Of a stretch of 62,683 nt of DNA, positions 34,238 through 46,585 are shown in pieces. The notes below the pieces were generated by a model. It saw nothing but the letters and a program-made list of their open reading frames with translations. It searched no databases and had not been told where the DNA came from. The stretch is from NCBI RefSeq assembly GCF_902713615.1, contig NC_052146.1, positions 69,460,555 to 69,523,237 of the forward strand, in the 5' to 3' direction. Position 1 is the first letter of the stretch; every line of letters starts with the position of its first letter. Origin of the DNA: Scyliorhinus canicula (Eukaryota). Position numbers and translations under genes: made by a program.

Positions 34238-37200
34238 GGGGGGGGGGGGGGGAAGACATTGGCTGAGCTTATGAGGGAGATGGGAGTATGCAATTTCCTC
34301 CCCAGTCCACAAGGTGTTCTCGAGGGCTCTTTTTGTGATGGGGAAGGTGCTTTTTGCTTGAGGTAGGAGGGCAGAGAATTCGGTAATTGAGATTTTGGAT
34401 CATGCTTTACATTGGACGAATGTAGTACTGGAGAAGGGGCTGCCTCAGAAGCCATGCTGGAGGCTGGATGTGGGGTTGTTGGCAGACCAGAGATTCTGTA
34501 ATAGGATGGGGAAGGTGATTGAGGAGTATGTGGTGTTTAACCCTTCTGTGGAGATCTCACTGTGGATGGTTTTGAAGGCCCTGAAGGCAGTGATGAGGTG
34601 GGAGGTGATTTTCTTTAAGGCTAAGGTGGATAAGGAGGAGAACGTAGAATACCAACCATTGATAGAATAGACTTTTGGAAGTAGTCAGGAGGTACATGGG
34701 GGACGTGAGAAGGGTGAAAGGAGCTGTCTGTGAGTATGGGGAGAAGGCAGGTTATTTATTGGTCAGTCAGCTCTGCAGGCAAGCTGTGGCGAGGGAGATA
34801 GTTCAGATTCGGTATCGGGCGGGTGAGCTGGTGGTTGCTCTGGAGCGGATTTATAAGGTGTTTGAGGAGTTTTATAGGGATATATATAAGTCAGAACCAC
34901 CAGAGGCTGACTGAGAGATGAGGGTTTTTGGGAAGGTTAGAGTGCCAAAGGTAGTGAAGTAGAGTAGGCAGGGCTGGAGGACTCGGTGAAGGTAGAGAAG
35001 GTCAAGACAGCAATTGGGAAGATGCAGCTGGAGAAGGTGGCAGGGTCAGATGAGTTCCTTGTGGGATTTTACAAGAAACTTAAGGATAAACTGCTGCTGA
35101 TACTGGTGGAAACCTCCCTGACCGTTGTGTCAGGGAGGTTTTGCCAAAAAAGATGGGACAGACCTCCATCCCGTTGCTGCTAAAGAAGGATAAGGACCTA
35201 GTGGAGTGTGGGTCCTACAGGATCATATCTCTTCTGAATGTAGATGCCACAATATTAGCAAGGGTGCGGGCATTACATTTGGAGCTGTGCCTTCTGAGGA
35301 TGATTGGACAGCATGACATGGAGCTCTATAAGGGCAGACCATTGTCATCAAATGTGCAGTGCTTGCTGAATGTGGTGGTATTGGATGCGGAGAAGGCATT
35401 TGATTGGGTGGAGTGGAGTTATTTGATTGCGGTGTTCAATAAGTTTGGGATTGGGCCTAAGTTTGTGGCATGGGTGAAGTTGCTGAATAAGGAGACTCCT
35501 TACTTGAGAAAGGACGTACTGGCACTGGAGGGTGTGCAGAGGAGATTCACTAAGTTAATGCCAGAACTGAGGGGGTCGGATTACAAGGAGAGGTTGAGTA
35601 GACTGGGACTGTACTCGTTGGAATTTAGAAGGATGAGGGGGGGATCTTATAGAAACATATAAAATTATGAAGGGAATAGATAGGACAGATGTGGGTAGGT
35701 TGTTTCCACTGGCGGGTGAAAGCAGAACTAGGGGGCATGGCCTCAAAATAAGGGGAAGTAGATTTAGGACTGAGTTTAGGAGGAACTTCTTCACCCAAAG
35801 GGTTGTGAATCTATGGGATTCCTTGTCCAGTGAAGCAGTAGAGGCTCCTTCATTAAAAGTTTTAAAGATAAAGATAGATAGTTTTTTGAAGAATAAAGAG
35901 ATTAAGGGTTATGGTGTTCGGGCCGGAAAGTGGAGCTGAGTCCACAAAGATCAGCCATGATCTCATTGAATGGCGGAGCAGACTCGAGGGGCCAGATGGC
36001 CTCCTCCTGCTCCTAGTTCTTATGATACAATGGCGAGCATGTGCACGAGTGAATTGAATTCAAGGTATTTTAATTGCACCGGGGAACGAGGCAGGGATGC
36101 CCCATGTCCCCTTTCTGTTGCCGATAGAGCCTTTATCCATTGCGCCGAGGAGCTCAGAGTTGTTGGAGGGGATAGTGAAGAGGAAGGGGGCGTGGAACAT
36201 AGGGCGTTCTTGTATGTGGCTGATTTGCTGTTTTGCATCTTGGAGCCGGGTGCCCCAGTGGGGGACATAATGGGTTTGTTTCAAAGATTTGGGAAGATTT
36301 TTGGGATATAAGCTGGACTTGTGGACAAATGAGTATTTTGCGGATTCCACTCCAGGGACGGGAGTCAGTGTAGGGGGCTTCCCATTCTGTGTAGCAGGCT
36401 CTCATTTTAGGTATCTAGGGGAGCAGGTGGCCCGGGACTGGACAGGTCTTCGGAAGTTGAATTTTTCTAGCCTGGTGGGGAGGGTGAAGGCTGATTTGTT
36501 GAGGTGGATTTGTTAGGCCTCCCGAATTTGATGTATTATTACTGAGAAGTGAATACAGCGAAGGTCCGGGGTTGGAATAGGGTAGGCAGTGGCTTTTTGG
36601 GTAAGGATGGAGGTGACTTCACGCAGAGGGTCAGGGTTGCGGGCTCTGGCAGTGGTGCCACTCCCATTGACTCCAGGGAAGTATTCAGGAAGTCTGGTGG
36701 TGGTGTCCATGCGGAAGTTTTGGAGGTAGTTTCAGCAGCACTTTAGGTTAGGATTGGGGTTGAAAGTCATGCCGATCTGGCGGAATCACAGATTTGAGCA
36801 AGGGAGGAACGATGTGAGGTTCTAGGGATGGGAAGAAAGGGGGTTCAGGGAAATTAAGGATCTATTTCTGGAAGGGTAGTTTGTGAGCTTTGAGGAGTTG
36901 AATGAGAAGTTTGGGCTGGTGCGGGAGGAGAGTTTCTGTTACATGCAGGCGCAGGACTTTACGAGGGAGGTCTTTCTGATCTTTCCAATAACGCCTGCTC
37001 CTCTTTGCTGGAGGAGGTGTTGTCAGGTGGGAGGGTTGGAGTGGGAGGTCATCTCTATGGCAGGATATTGGAGGTGGACATGGTGTCCATGGAAGGGATT
37101 AAGGCTAAGTGGGAAGAGAAGTTGGGGACGGCATTGAAGGAGGGATTATGGTGTGAGGTGCTATGGACAGTGAATGCCTTGACCTAATGTGCGACACTGG

Positions 37201-37841
37201 GCCTGATACAGCTGAAGGTGGTGTACAGGGCGCACCTGACTCAGTCAAGGACGAGCCGGCTGTTTGAGCGAGTAGAGGACAGCTGTGAGCAGTGTGGGAG
37301 GGGCGAATACTTGTCATGTGCATATGTTCTCATCCTTCCCGAAGTTGGAAAGGTTCTGGAGGTTAGTTTTCAACAGCATCTCGGTGGTTTTGCACTGAGA
37401 TGTGGGGACCCGTCCCCTGGAGGCCATATTTGGGGTATCGGACCAGCTGGAGTTGCAGACGGGCGCGGGGGCTGATGTTTTAGACTTCACCTCACTGATT
37501 ACTCACAGGCAGGTCCTGTTGGGGTGGTGATCAGCTTCTCCATCATTTGCCTTGGCATGGCGAGGGGACCTATTGGAGCTCTTTGCCCTGGAGAAGGTGA
37601 CATTTGCCCTTGGGGGAAGGGGGGCGAGTGATGGGTTCCACAACAGTTGAGGTTTGTTCATTTTGTATTTTGGAGCGTTGGGTACCATCAAATGTTGGGG
37701 AGAGGGACGAGAGTGGGGTTCTTATTGTGTGTGTATGTGTGTGTGTGTGCGGGGATGGTTAATATAGTGGGTGTTTCTTTTGTTTTTGTTTTAAAATGTA
37801 AAATGTTGAAAATTGGAATAAAAGTACTTTTCAAATAAAAA
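33450..37841 (+). mobile_element. Decayed L1 (ORF2 to 3' end), interrupted by CR1
   Basis: ADVVMLQETHL, VSVYAPNW, SYRIISLLNVDA, LDAEKAFDWVEW, C-terminal segments, A-rich end AATAAAAGT...AAATAAAAA. Confidence 0.85.
35495..36023 (+). mobile_element. Younger CR1 3' end inserted in L1 RT
   Basis: PYLRKDVLALEGVQRRFTKLMPEL...RNFFTQRVVNLWDSL, intact 3' UTR ending TTCTTATG. Confidence 0.9.
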
Positions 37842-37871
37842 TTCTGCCTAAAGTCTCCTCCATTTCTCATG

Positions 37872-38002
37872 TAAGAGGATCAGGGGTTATGGGGAGAAGG
37901 CAGGAGAATGGGGATGAGAAAATATCAGCCATGATTAAATGGCGGAGCAGACTCGATGGGCCGAATGGCCTATTTCTGCTCCTATGTCTTACGGTCTTAT
38001 GG
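37872..38002 (+). mobile_element. CR1 3' terminal fragment
   Basis: GGCGGAGCAGACTCGATGGGCCGAATGGCC...TCTTATG tail. Confidence 0.8.
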
Positions 38003-40055
38003 TAGCCTTAATTTTCCTGGCAATCTTTGGCAGTCCTGCACATGATGTCCTAGGCATGCAATACAGTGCCACGCCCATTCGTGGGTCCTTCTGACTTCCA
38101 ACACCAGACTCATGAGGTTCCACATGGGATATTTGGATCGCCAGGTAGCAGAATTTGGTGTGGGCCCATTTGAATGGCAGGCCACCCAGCTCTGTCCCTT
38201 ACCCCTACAGTTTCACAGGCAAGATCTCGCTCCTGCGCAGGTTAAGCTTGTAACCGGAGAAACTCCTTTAGGAGTTTCATCTCTTCCATGCTGGCCTGGG
38301 TGCTCGAGATGTAGAGGAGCAGGTTGTCTGCACAGAGTGAGACTCTTTGCTGTCTCCCCTTTCGATACCTCTTCACCCTTTTGTTGCTCTGAGGATGATC
38401 ACCAATGGCTCGATACCATGGCAAACAGTGGCAGGGATAAAGGGCATCCCTGTCTCGAGCTTCTGGGCAGCCATAAGTCACTAGAGCTGGTGGTGTTTGC
38501 CCATATGATCTCCATTGCAGCACTGTACTGTAGTTTGACCCAGGAGTAGAACACTGGGTGTACCCAAACTGTTCCAGTACCTGTAGGAGGTACTTCCATT
38601 TGACTCTGTCAAAGACCTTTTCTGCTTCCAGGGAGATGAGCATGGTGTTCTCTTCCCAGATGGGGGTCATGATCACGTTCAGCAGGTGTTGCTACCTGCG
38701 CTTCATTAAGCCCGTCCCATTTTCTGCGATTACCTCTGGCATGCAGCTCTCCAGCCACCTTGCCAGGACCTTCGACAGGATCTTTGCATCAGCATTTTGG
38801 AGTGAGATGGGTCTGTAGGACCCGCATTCCATCGGATCTTTGCCTTTTTGGGTACAAGCGACATTGAGCCTTGGGCCAGTGTTAGTGGCAGCTACACATT
38901 ACTAGTGTGTCTATGAATATCTCCTGCAAGTGCAGGGCCAGTGCTGGTGCAAATTCTTTGTAGAAGTGAAGCGGAATAGATCTGGCTCTGGTGCCTTCCC
39001 CACCTGCATGAAGCTGATACTCTCCATGACTTGCCTCAGTTCTAGTAGTGCTTCCAGGCCCCGTCTCCTATATTCTCCCATGACGGGCATGACCAGTCCA
39101 TTGAGGAACTGCTTCATCTTCAAGTCCTCCTCTGGGGGCATGAAGGTGTGCAGCCCTGGGTATAAGGTTGCAAAGGCCTCATTGATCTGTTCCAGTGCTG
39201 TGACTAGCGTACCACATCTGTCTTTGACCGGAGCTATTTTTCTTGTGACTGCCTGCTTTCTCAGCTGGTGAGCCAGCAGGTGACTGGCTTTGTCTCCATG
39301 CTCATAAAAGGTCCCTTGTGCTGGTACATTGCTTTTCCAGTGGAGAGCAGGCCAAAGTACATTTCTATCTTTTTCCTCTCCGTCAGTCATTTCATGCTTG
39401 GGGCCATGGAGTGCCGCCAATCCACCTCCAGTATGGGGTTGACCAGCTGGTGCTTGGCCTCACTCTGTTTCCTGTTATGTGCGCACCATGAATGCAATAA
39501 TTTCTATCCTGATCACCACCTTCAATGCCTTCCACAATGTGGAGGGTGAGGCCTCCCTGTTCTGGTTGTTGGTAATGTACCCGCCTATGGCCTCTGATAT
39601 CCGATTGCAAAAGTGCCTTCTCGGCAAGGAGGGCCATGTTCAGCCTCCATGGGGGCAGTGAGCCTGGCCCGTCTCTAATCGCATATCCATATAGTGCGGA
39701 GTGTGGTCAGTGTTTACGATTGCTGAGTTTTCTGCTCCTACTACCCCGGAGCACCGATTTCCCAATTACAATAAGTTTATCCTAGAGTAGACCTTGTGGA
39801 CCTGGGAGAGGAAGTCGAACATTTTTGCCCTTGGGTGCATGAACCTCCAGGGATCAACTGCCCCCATATGCTCCATTAATACGTTCAGCTCTCTCGCCAT
39901 ATTTTTGTTTCCCTGATTAAGGCTGGATCTGCCTGTCCATGGGCCCTGTAGGCAGGTAAAGTCCCCTCCTTTGATTAGTTGGTGTGTGTCTATGTAGTGA
40001 TTTCTGCCAGGTTTTTTCCATGAATTCTGCGTCATCCCAGTTTGGCTGGGGCTGG
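38003..40055 (-). mobile_element. Decayed L1 ORF2 fragment (APE C-terminus to RT)
   Basis: ORFs 39766-40035, 38911-39420 (QVGKAPEPD), 38242-38676 (ISLEAEKVFDRVKW, SLCADNLLLY). Confidence 0.85.
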
Positions 40056-40057
40056 CG

Positions 40058-40550
40058 AATCATGTCCACATGTTCTGGAGATATGCGGGGCTGCTGGGAG
40101 GCGGCGTTCTGGACCCTTTCGAGGGCAGTCGGGTTGAGCTGAAGCCGGACCCTATGGTGGCGACCTTTGTGGTGTCGGAGCTGCTGGAGGGGAAGGAGGC
40201 CAATGTCGTGGCCTTTGCCTCTCTGAGTGCCCGGCAACAGCTTCTTTTGAATTAATGGTCGGTTACGCCACCGGCGGTCGCGGCTTGACTGGGGATTTAT
40301 GAGTTTCTCCAGTTGGGGAAGATCAAATTTGCCTTCAGGGGGTCGGAAGAGGGCTTCATGGTGTGAGGGAGGCGGTTCATGGCAATATTGGGGGGGGGGG
40401 GGGGGGGGGGGTGGGGGGGGGGGGGCTCTTCGTCGTCGGCCGGGGTGGGGGGCGGACGAAAAGGGGAAAAATGTAAAAACTGGAGATTTTGCTTTGTTCG
40501 GATGCAGAATTCATGTAATTTGGAATAATATCTGTATATATATATTTTAA
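40058..40550 (+). mobile_element. L1 3' end, 5'-truncated
   Basis: NHVHMFW zinc-knuckle remnant, KIKFAFRGS terminus, G-rich then A-rich 3' UTR. Confidence 0.8.
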
Positions 40551-40599
40551 AAATGCATGTGGGAAATAAGAATTATTGTGGTAGAGGACTGTCAAAAAG

Positions 40600-41210
40600 C
40601 TAATGTTATATATCTATTGAAGAACTTGGATCGAACATGTGCAGCAAATTATACACCAGTCAACCTAATGTCAGTCGCAAGAACGTAATGGTTACAAATG
40701 ATAAATGTAATAATGAATAGTCAACAAGGATTCCGTGGATCTTTGTTCAGCAACGTTAAGTTAAACAAATTAAGAAGAGGCGATTGGCCATTGGAATACC
40801 GTTCACAGTCGACATGATGTTCGTGGATTTTCCCATTGTGAGGAAGCAGAGAAGATTTAGAACATTATCTAAAATGCGAGTCCATGATATGGAAGAAGAT
40901 GGGCCTTTTTCTTCTGGGGACAATAGGCAGGGGTGGAACCTATCGAACCTTGAAAAGTTGAGCGGATGCACGGAGACAAAATTGCGCTTTTGAGAAACAA
41001 CTTAACTGGAGAATATCAGTATAGACCAGTCATCAAGAAATCCAATGGGCTATTCGGAAAAAAATATATCAGCCAACTAATGGTGAGAATGTGGAACTCC
41101 CCACCGAAGGGAGTGACTGGTGACTGAAGCATATATTACAGACGTAATTAATGGGATACTGGACGAGCATTTGTGCGGAAAGAGTGTTACGTTGATAGAA
41201 TATGATTAGT
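40600..41210 (+). mobile_element. Very old CR1 relics
   Basis: Patchy similarity (YTPVNLMSV; MVRMWNSP) to CR1. Confidence 0.4.
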
Positions 41211-41264
41211 GAATGGGCGAGGAGGTTCAGTGCAGCATAAAACCCATATCGACTGGGTCCATTT

Positions 41265-41582
41265 GGGGCCTCACGGTAGCATGGTGGTTAGCATCGATGC
41301 TTCACAGCTCCAGGGTCCCAGGTTCGATTCCTGGCTGGGTCACTGTCTGTGTGGAGTCTGCACGTCCTCCCCGTGTGTGCGTGGGTTTCCTCCGGGTGCT
41401 CCGGTTTCCTCCCACAGTCCAAAGATGTGCGGGTTAGGTGGATTGGCCATGCTAAATTGCCTGTAAGGTTAATGGGGGGATTGTTGGGTTGCGGGTATAC
41501 GGGTTACGTGGGTTTAAGTGGGGTGATCATTGCTCGGCACAACATCGAGGGCCGAAGGGCCTGTACTGTTCTATGTTCTATG
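41265..41582 (+). mobile_element. HE1-like SINE, young full-length
   Basis: Nearly identical to 61198-61525; tRNA-like head, (TTCTATG)n tail. Confidence 0.9.
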
Positions 41583-41759
41583 ACTGTTTAGGAGAATGGC
41601 CGACATTTTACTGTGTTCCCTATCTGTTAATAAGAGTGGCTAATCCGCCGCCTGTGACCGTCTGATTCTAAACAACCTTTTAAAAATATATAATGAATTA
41701 TTCAGTCGCTTTATTGGTGTACGTTGCTCGGACGATGTTCCAGTGGTTTTTTGCAACTG

Positions 41760-42010
41760 AGTGACATTTTGAACGTTTGCAGTGGGAAGCTGGGAGTCTC
41801 GGAAACGGTTTTAGGGTTGGAGTCGCATATATACTAATTAAGGATGGCCGATTTCCTGACCTGAAGAATGTGAATGAAGCAAATCGTTTTTTCAGCAATT
41901 GAGTGGTTCATAGTTAACATCACTATGAGCCTTTTTTTTTCTTCCAGATTTATTTATTAATTGACGAAGAAAGCCCTAGATGGCCACGCGCTTGGACCAT
42001 CAGTCCAGAA
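41760..42010 (-). mobile_element. Deu-domain SINE relic
   Basis: Weak similarity to 11630-11870 and 12240-12590. Confidence 0.4.
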
Positions 42011-42147
42011 CACCACCTTTCTTATTCAGTGGCTTAATCACTACACTTCCGACCCATTCATAGCACGTTGTACCACTTTCTGTTCCCTTGTTTGTCTCTT
42101 TGATGCTGATCCTACACTTGTCATCATAACGTTTGAAATGTCTCATA

Positions 42148-42505
42148 AGCGGCAGCACGGTAGCATTGTGGATAGCACAATTGCTTCACAGCTCCAGGGT
42201 CTCAGGTTTGATTCCCGCTTGGGTTACTGTCTGTGCGGAGTCTGCACATCCTCCCCGTGTGTGCGTGGGTTTCCTTCGGGTGCTCCGGTTTCCTCCCACA
42301 GTCCAAAGATGTGCAGGTTAGGTGATTGACCATGCTAAATTGCCCTTAGTGTCCAAAATTGCCCTTAGTGTTGGGTGGGGTTACTGGGTTATGGGGATAG
42401 GGTGGAGGTGTTGACCTTGGGAAGGGTGCTCTTTCCGAGAGCCGGTGCAGACTCGATGGGCCGAATGGCCTCCTTCTGCACTGTAAATTCTATGAATTCT
42501 ATGAT
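42148..42505 (+). mobile_element. HE1-like SINE, full-length
   Basis: GGCAGCACGGTAGC head, V-domain core, tail CTGTAAATTCTATGAATTCTATG. Confidence 0.9.
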
Positions 42506-43197
42506 AATTTGGCGATCTTTGTTAAAACTCCACGATAGCATCCTGAACACACTTTTCACTGCATTCATTCACAGACTCCAATGTGTGCGCGATGATTCGT
42601 CCTAGAAACCACGTGTGCAACCATGAACCAGGTATTTCCTCCACCTTTATCCATTCCAAAGTGGTAGCTACCGTATATGTTCGGAATAAACTGAGGGTTT
42701 TTAATTAGATCGTCCCGCTGAACGGACAATAGAGATTGATTCACAGTTTTTACTGCCTGCGCAAATACTCTGCGATTCATTGACCCGTGTTGCTCCATCA
42801 CCAAAGCCCAATTTCACTTCCCCCGGTTTCTACAAGATTGCGCACAAGTGGAAACTGCAATGTATCTCGCTGATGGTCCCGTTATTAAATCGGGACATAT
42901 TTTCTACCCTGTTTTCCCCAGCCTTTATTTATTAAACATCGCCGGAAAACCATCAGCCAACCCAAGAACTGCCATGTTTCCACTTAATGCTGATTTTCTG
43001 CACAACAGATGCAAGATGAAAAAAAAAATCAATTGGCCAGGTATGAGTTTACATATCACCAGGTGTTTCGCACTTGACTATATACTTGTGCCAATGTTCA
43101 CAAATAATTAAAAATCTGATGGGAAATTTAAAAAAAAATCAATGCTGCTGCAGAAGGCTTGCTTGAAATCCTACAGTTCGAATGCTGCTGTGTCATT

Positions 43198-43241
43198 CCT
43201 TTGTGTCATGTGCTACCGAACCACAAGATGGCAATGTTGCA
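43198..43241 (+). promoter_or_regulatory. Single candidate CTCF element homologous to the 42-bp array unit
   Basis: CCACAAGATGGCAA at 43221-43234; 27/35 ungapped identity to 14183-14217. Confidence 0.55.
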
Positions 43242-43759
43242 CTTCGTGTTCGCAAGGCCTTGAAAATATATTTCATGAAGAATGATTAAAATATTTCATA
43301 CCATTAACAACGCTAACAATCCGAGTTGGCTATCTACTATAATTGATTACGCCAACCCTTTGATTAGTCCGAAATTGACTTTAATCATGTTTTCCAGTTT
43401 CTTAGCTCTGCCTTTTAAAGTTTTAACATCATCCCCACAAACCACCCATAGGACATCTTTGCACACAACGCAACCGAAATATTTCACAAAGAAGCTTCGA
43501 GCCCTTCTGTTGAATTACGCTCAATAAAACCCTTCCATTATAGCCGTCGTTAAACGTATTTTAGCCACACCATGTCACTAACCAATATATTAAACACGAC
43601 CATGTTCTTTCCAGTGGTGGTAATCTGTTTCCCGGTGGATAATAGCGGTTACAATTTACACTAACCCCTGCTTTCCAAACAAGAAGTTGGAAGCCCATAC
43701 ACATAGTCGTGAGATTTCTTCAAGCCCACAACTAAACCCAGGCATTCTTTTTAGATCTG

Positions 43760-44820
43760 AGCGTACCTTTGCTCTGTTGTTGTCATGGATCATGATGCAT
43801 TTGTGACTGATTTCGAACCGTGATGCGCGAGTTGCAGAATAACGACTCCTAGACCATCTTTCCACGTATCTGTTGACAATTTAATCTGCTTAGATGGGTC
43901 AAAAATGTGAGGAATGGCATGGTGGTCAGTGAAGTCTTGAGCTTCTTCCACACTTGCTCATGTTGCTCAGCCCAAGTGGAATCCGTTGTCTTGTGCAAAA
44001 GATCACGTAGATGTGTTGTTCTTGCTAACGAGTTTGGAATGAATTTCCCTATAAAATTGATCATAGCCATCACTCTTAAGATGGCCTTCTTGTCGTTTGG
44101 TTTTGGCATCTTGAGAATTGCTTGGATTTTGTCCCTGTCAACTGCATTTATTTTAACTGGAGCATCAGTTTGCATTGTTTTTAAATGCTGGAGAAATTAT
44201 TCTTCTCTTTTATTACTCCAGCAAACAATGATCTTCCATCACTGGAGAATGTGTCTTCCACTGTGCTGACTGATCTGTGGTTGCAGTTAGATTAACAATT
44301 CTGAGCAACATGATTTTTTCCGTTGCATCTGGAATAAAACTTCCCAAATGCTGACACTGCCTTAATTTGTGCCTTTGACCACATATTTTACACAGAAACA
44401 CTTCGGCCTGAACTTTAACCTGTTTGTTGGCGTGCGAGGTGATGCAGGAACTTTTCCACCTTTTTTTGGAATTCTGCCGTCTTTTCGGAAAAAGGGCGGC
44501 AACCGGAATGCTTGCCTCGAAGAAGACTCCACCATTACTGAGAAACATTTCACAATGCTGTGCAGCTGGCTCGTGAGCCTGACAAACCTTAACTATTTGT
44601 TCCAATGACAACTCCGACTCTCTCGGCAACTATTCCTTCAGCTTATTTTCATTCACACCAAACACAATCTGGTCCCGAATCATGAAAGAATCCACCACAG
44701 AAATATTACAAATTTTAGCTTTTAACTTTATATCAGTGCTGAAATGATCTATGGACTCTTCTGTCTTCTGTAAACGTGATCTAAACGCATAGCGTCCAGA
44801 AATTTCAGTCTTTCTGGGGG
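43760..44820 (-). mobile_element. Ty3/Gypsy relic: gag joined to RT-connection region
   Basis: Gag (RSRLQK...MIRDQIVFGV...RESELSLEQIVKVCQAHE, CKICGQRH) and ORF 43849-44175 (DKIQAILKMPKPNDKKAILRVMAMINFIGKFIPN); protease and RT core missing. Confidence 0.8.
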
Positions 44821-45209
44821 TGCAGTGTGCATCAAACCTTCAGATTACTTTGTTAAAATCTTTACTATCTTCATCATTAGCAAACCTAAATACATTACAC
44901 ACAGCAATTCCTTCCACACGTGGTCTCACCAACGCGCTATAAAATTGTTGAAAAACTCCCTGACGTTTATATTTAATCCACTTTCATTAAATGACAATAT
45001 TCTAATGATAATGACAATCCCTTGCTGCACGTGCAAACAAATCTTTTGTGTTTTTTGTGCTAAAGCACTCAGATGTCTTTGTACTTTAGAGTTTTGGAAT
45101 CTTTCGATACTTAAATAAAATGCTGCTCTTCCATTCGTCCTGCCAAAGCGGATCAATTCACATTTTCCTCATATTTTGTCTGCCATTTTATGCTCAGTTG
45201 CTTAACTTA

Positions 45210-45913
45210 TCTAAACCAATTTGTTGATGGGGCAAAGTAGATGCAACCTACCAATACAATCCCCTGGATGACATCAGCTGATGATTTACAGCCTACAATG
45301 GAACCTATTTCATATGCGGCACTAAAGCATATCCGTGCCTCCCCATTGATTGAACAGGATCCTGCTTTTTGGGATATGTCATACCGCAAATGCATCACCG
45401 ACCCACCTTAAGCACTCCCACTAGCGAGCAAAAAGAACAATTTCTAAAACGGAACGGGCAAGGCATGAACGAACTGATCTACATGGCCTCAGCATTGGAA
45501 CATCTGGCAAACGTAACGGCAACAAAAGCCAGGGACACTGGACAGGCACTGGCCGAGGTCTCAGCTGAGCTAGTGACTGTCCGGACCGTGGCATTACAAA
45601 ATCGACTGGCTTTGGATTATCTGTTAGCCTCGCAGGGAGGAACGTGTGCTATTGTAGGCCAAGAGTGCTGTACTTACATTCCAGATGGCTCTGAAAATAT
45701 CACTAAACTGTCCGACCATATTAAGAGACAGGCTGCTCAAATTCAAGAAATTGGCAGTGAATTTCACGACTATAACCCGCCGGGTTGGCTAGGGTGGTTG
45801 GGTCATGGATTATTAAGGCCTTTATTCTACTACTACTAATGCTACTAGGGATAGGATTGCTTGCCTGCTTGTGTAAATGCATTTTCAAACAAATCATGGA
45901 TATACCTATTTAG
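45210..45913 (+). pseudogene. env: Endogenous retrovirus env relic (gamma-type TM)
   Basis: SU end GTYFICGTKAYPCLP, RAKR furin site in a shifted frame (45425-45436), ISD LQNRLALDYLLASQGGT (45594-45644), CX6CC, frameshifted TM anchor. Confidence 0.85.
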
Positions 45914-45932
45914 CTAGTTGTCATGATATGAC

Positions 45933-45960
45933 AAAAGGGGCGAGTGTGGTATTGTGTGAA
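45933..45960 (+). mobile_element. Polypurine tract and start of 3' LTR of the ERV relic
   Basis: AAAAGGGGCGAG (45933-45944) followed by TG at 45945, just after the env stop; LTR end not determined. Confidence 0.5.
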
Positions 45961-46274
45961 GCAAATAATGGCATGATGGGAAAACTAGTCAAGTCTTCTT
46001 GGTACAATTGAATTTAAACTGAGTTCACATAACCTAGGAATACAAACTTGACCAACTGGAGTCAGCCAGAGGTCTCGTGTCAAGGAGTGCAAACACCTCA
46101 TTGACTTTCCTACCGATATTTATGTCATTAACAAATGTAGCAACCATAATTTGGTACCCCCATCCAAAGTCTTTAGAAAAAATACATATACCTGAGGCCC
46201 CAGTAATCATCCCTGTTGCACTCCACTGGATTCAGCCTTGTAACACCAAATTGAACCAATTATGCACCGTCTGG

Positions 46275-46585
46275 GCGACATTGCAGCTCAGTTGTTATCA
46301 CTGTTGTTTCACAGCGCCAGGGACCAGTGTTTGATTCCTGGCCTGGGTCACTAGCTGTGCAGAGTCTGCACATTCTCCCCGTGTCTGTGTGGGTTTCCTC
46401 TAGGTGCTCTGATTTCCTCCCACAAGTCCCAGAAAAGGTGTTTTTTTAGGTGAATTCAACATTCTGAATTCTCCTTCAGTGTACCCAAAGAGGCGCCGGC
46501 GTGTGGTGACGAGGGGCTTTTCATGGTAGCTTCACTGTGGTGTTAATGTAAGCCTACTTGTGACACCAGTAAATATTATTATTAT
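46275..46585 (+). mobile_element. V-SINE-like SINE with alternative tail
   Basis: Same head/core as the HE1-like copies but tail GTGTTAATGTAAGCCTACTTGTGACAC plus (ATT)n. Confidence 0.8.

Noticed and set aside
34198-34252. Very long G runs (also about 2155, 21186, 40389, 47158 as C, 61705) giving poly-Gly/Pro ORFs
   Set aside because: They lie within dead retroelements; run length is unreliable in assemblies and may be artefact or slippage; no functional support.
38003-40550. Head-to-head L1 pieces as a twin-priming inversion
   Set aside because: The outer end of the inverted part and the start of the sense part are over 1 kb apart in L1 coordinates, and I found no shared TSD; two independent insertions are more likely.
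43760-45960. Gypsy gag-pol plus env as one env-bearing element
   Set aside because: They are on opposite strands, and the env has its own PPT/LTR facing away; separate insertions.
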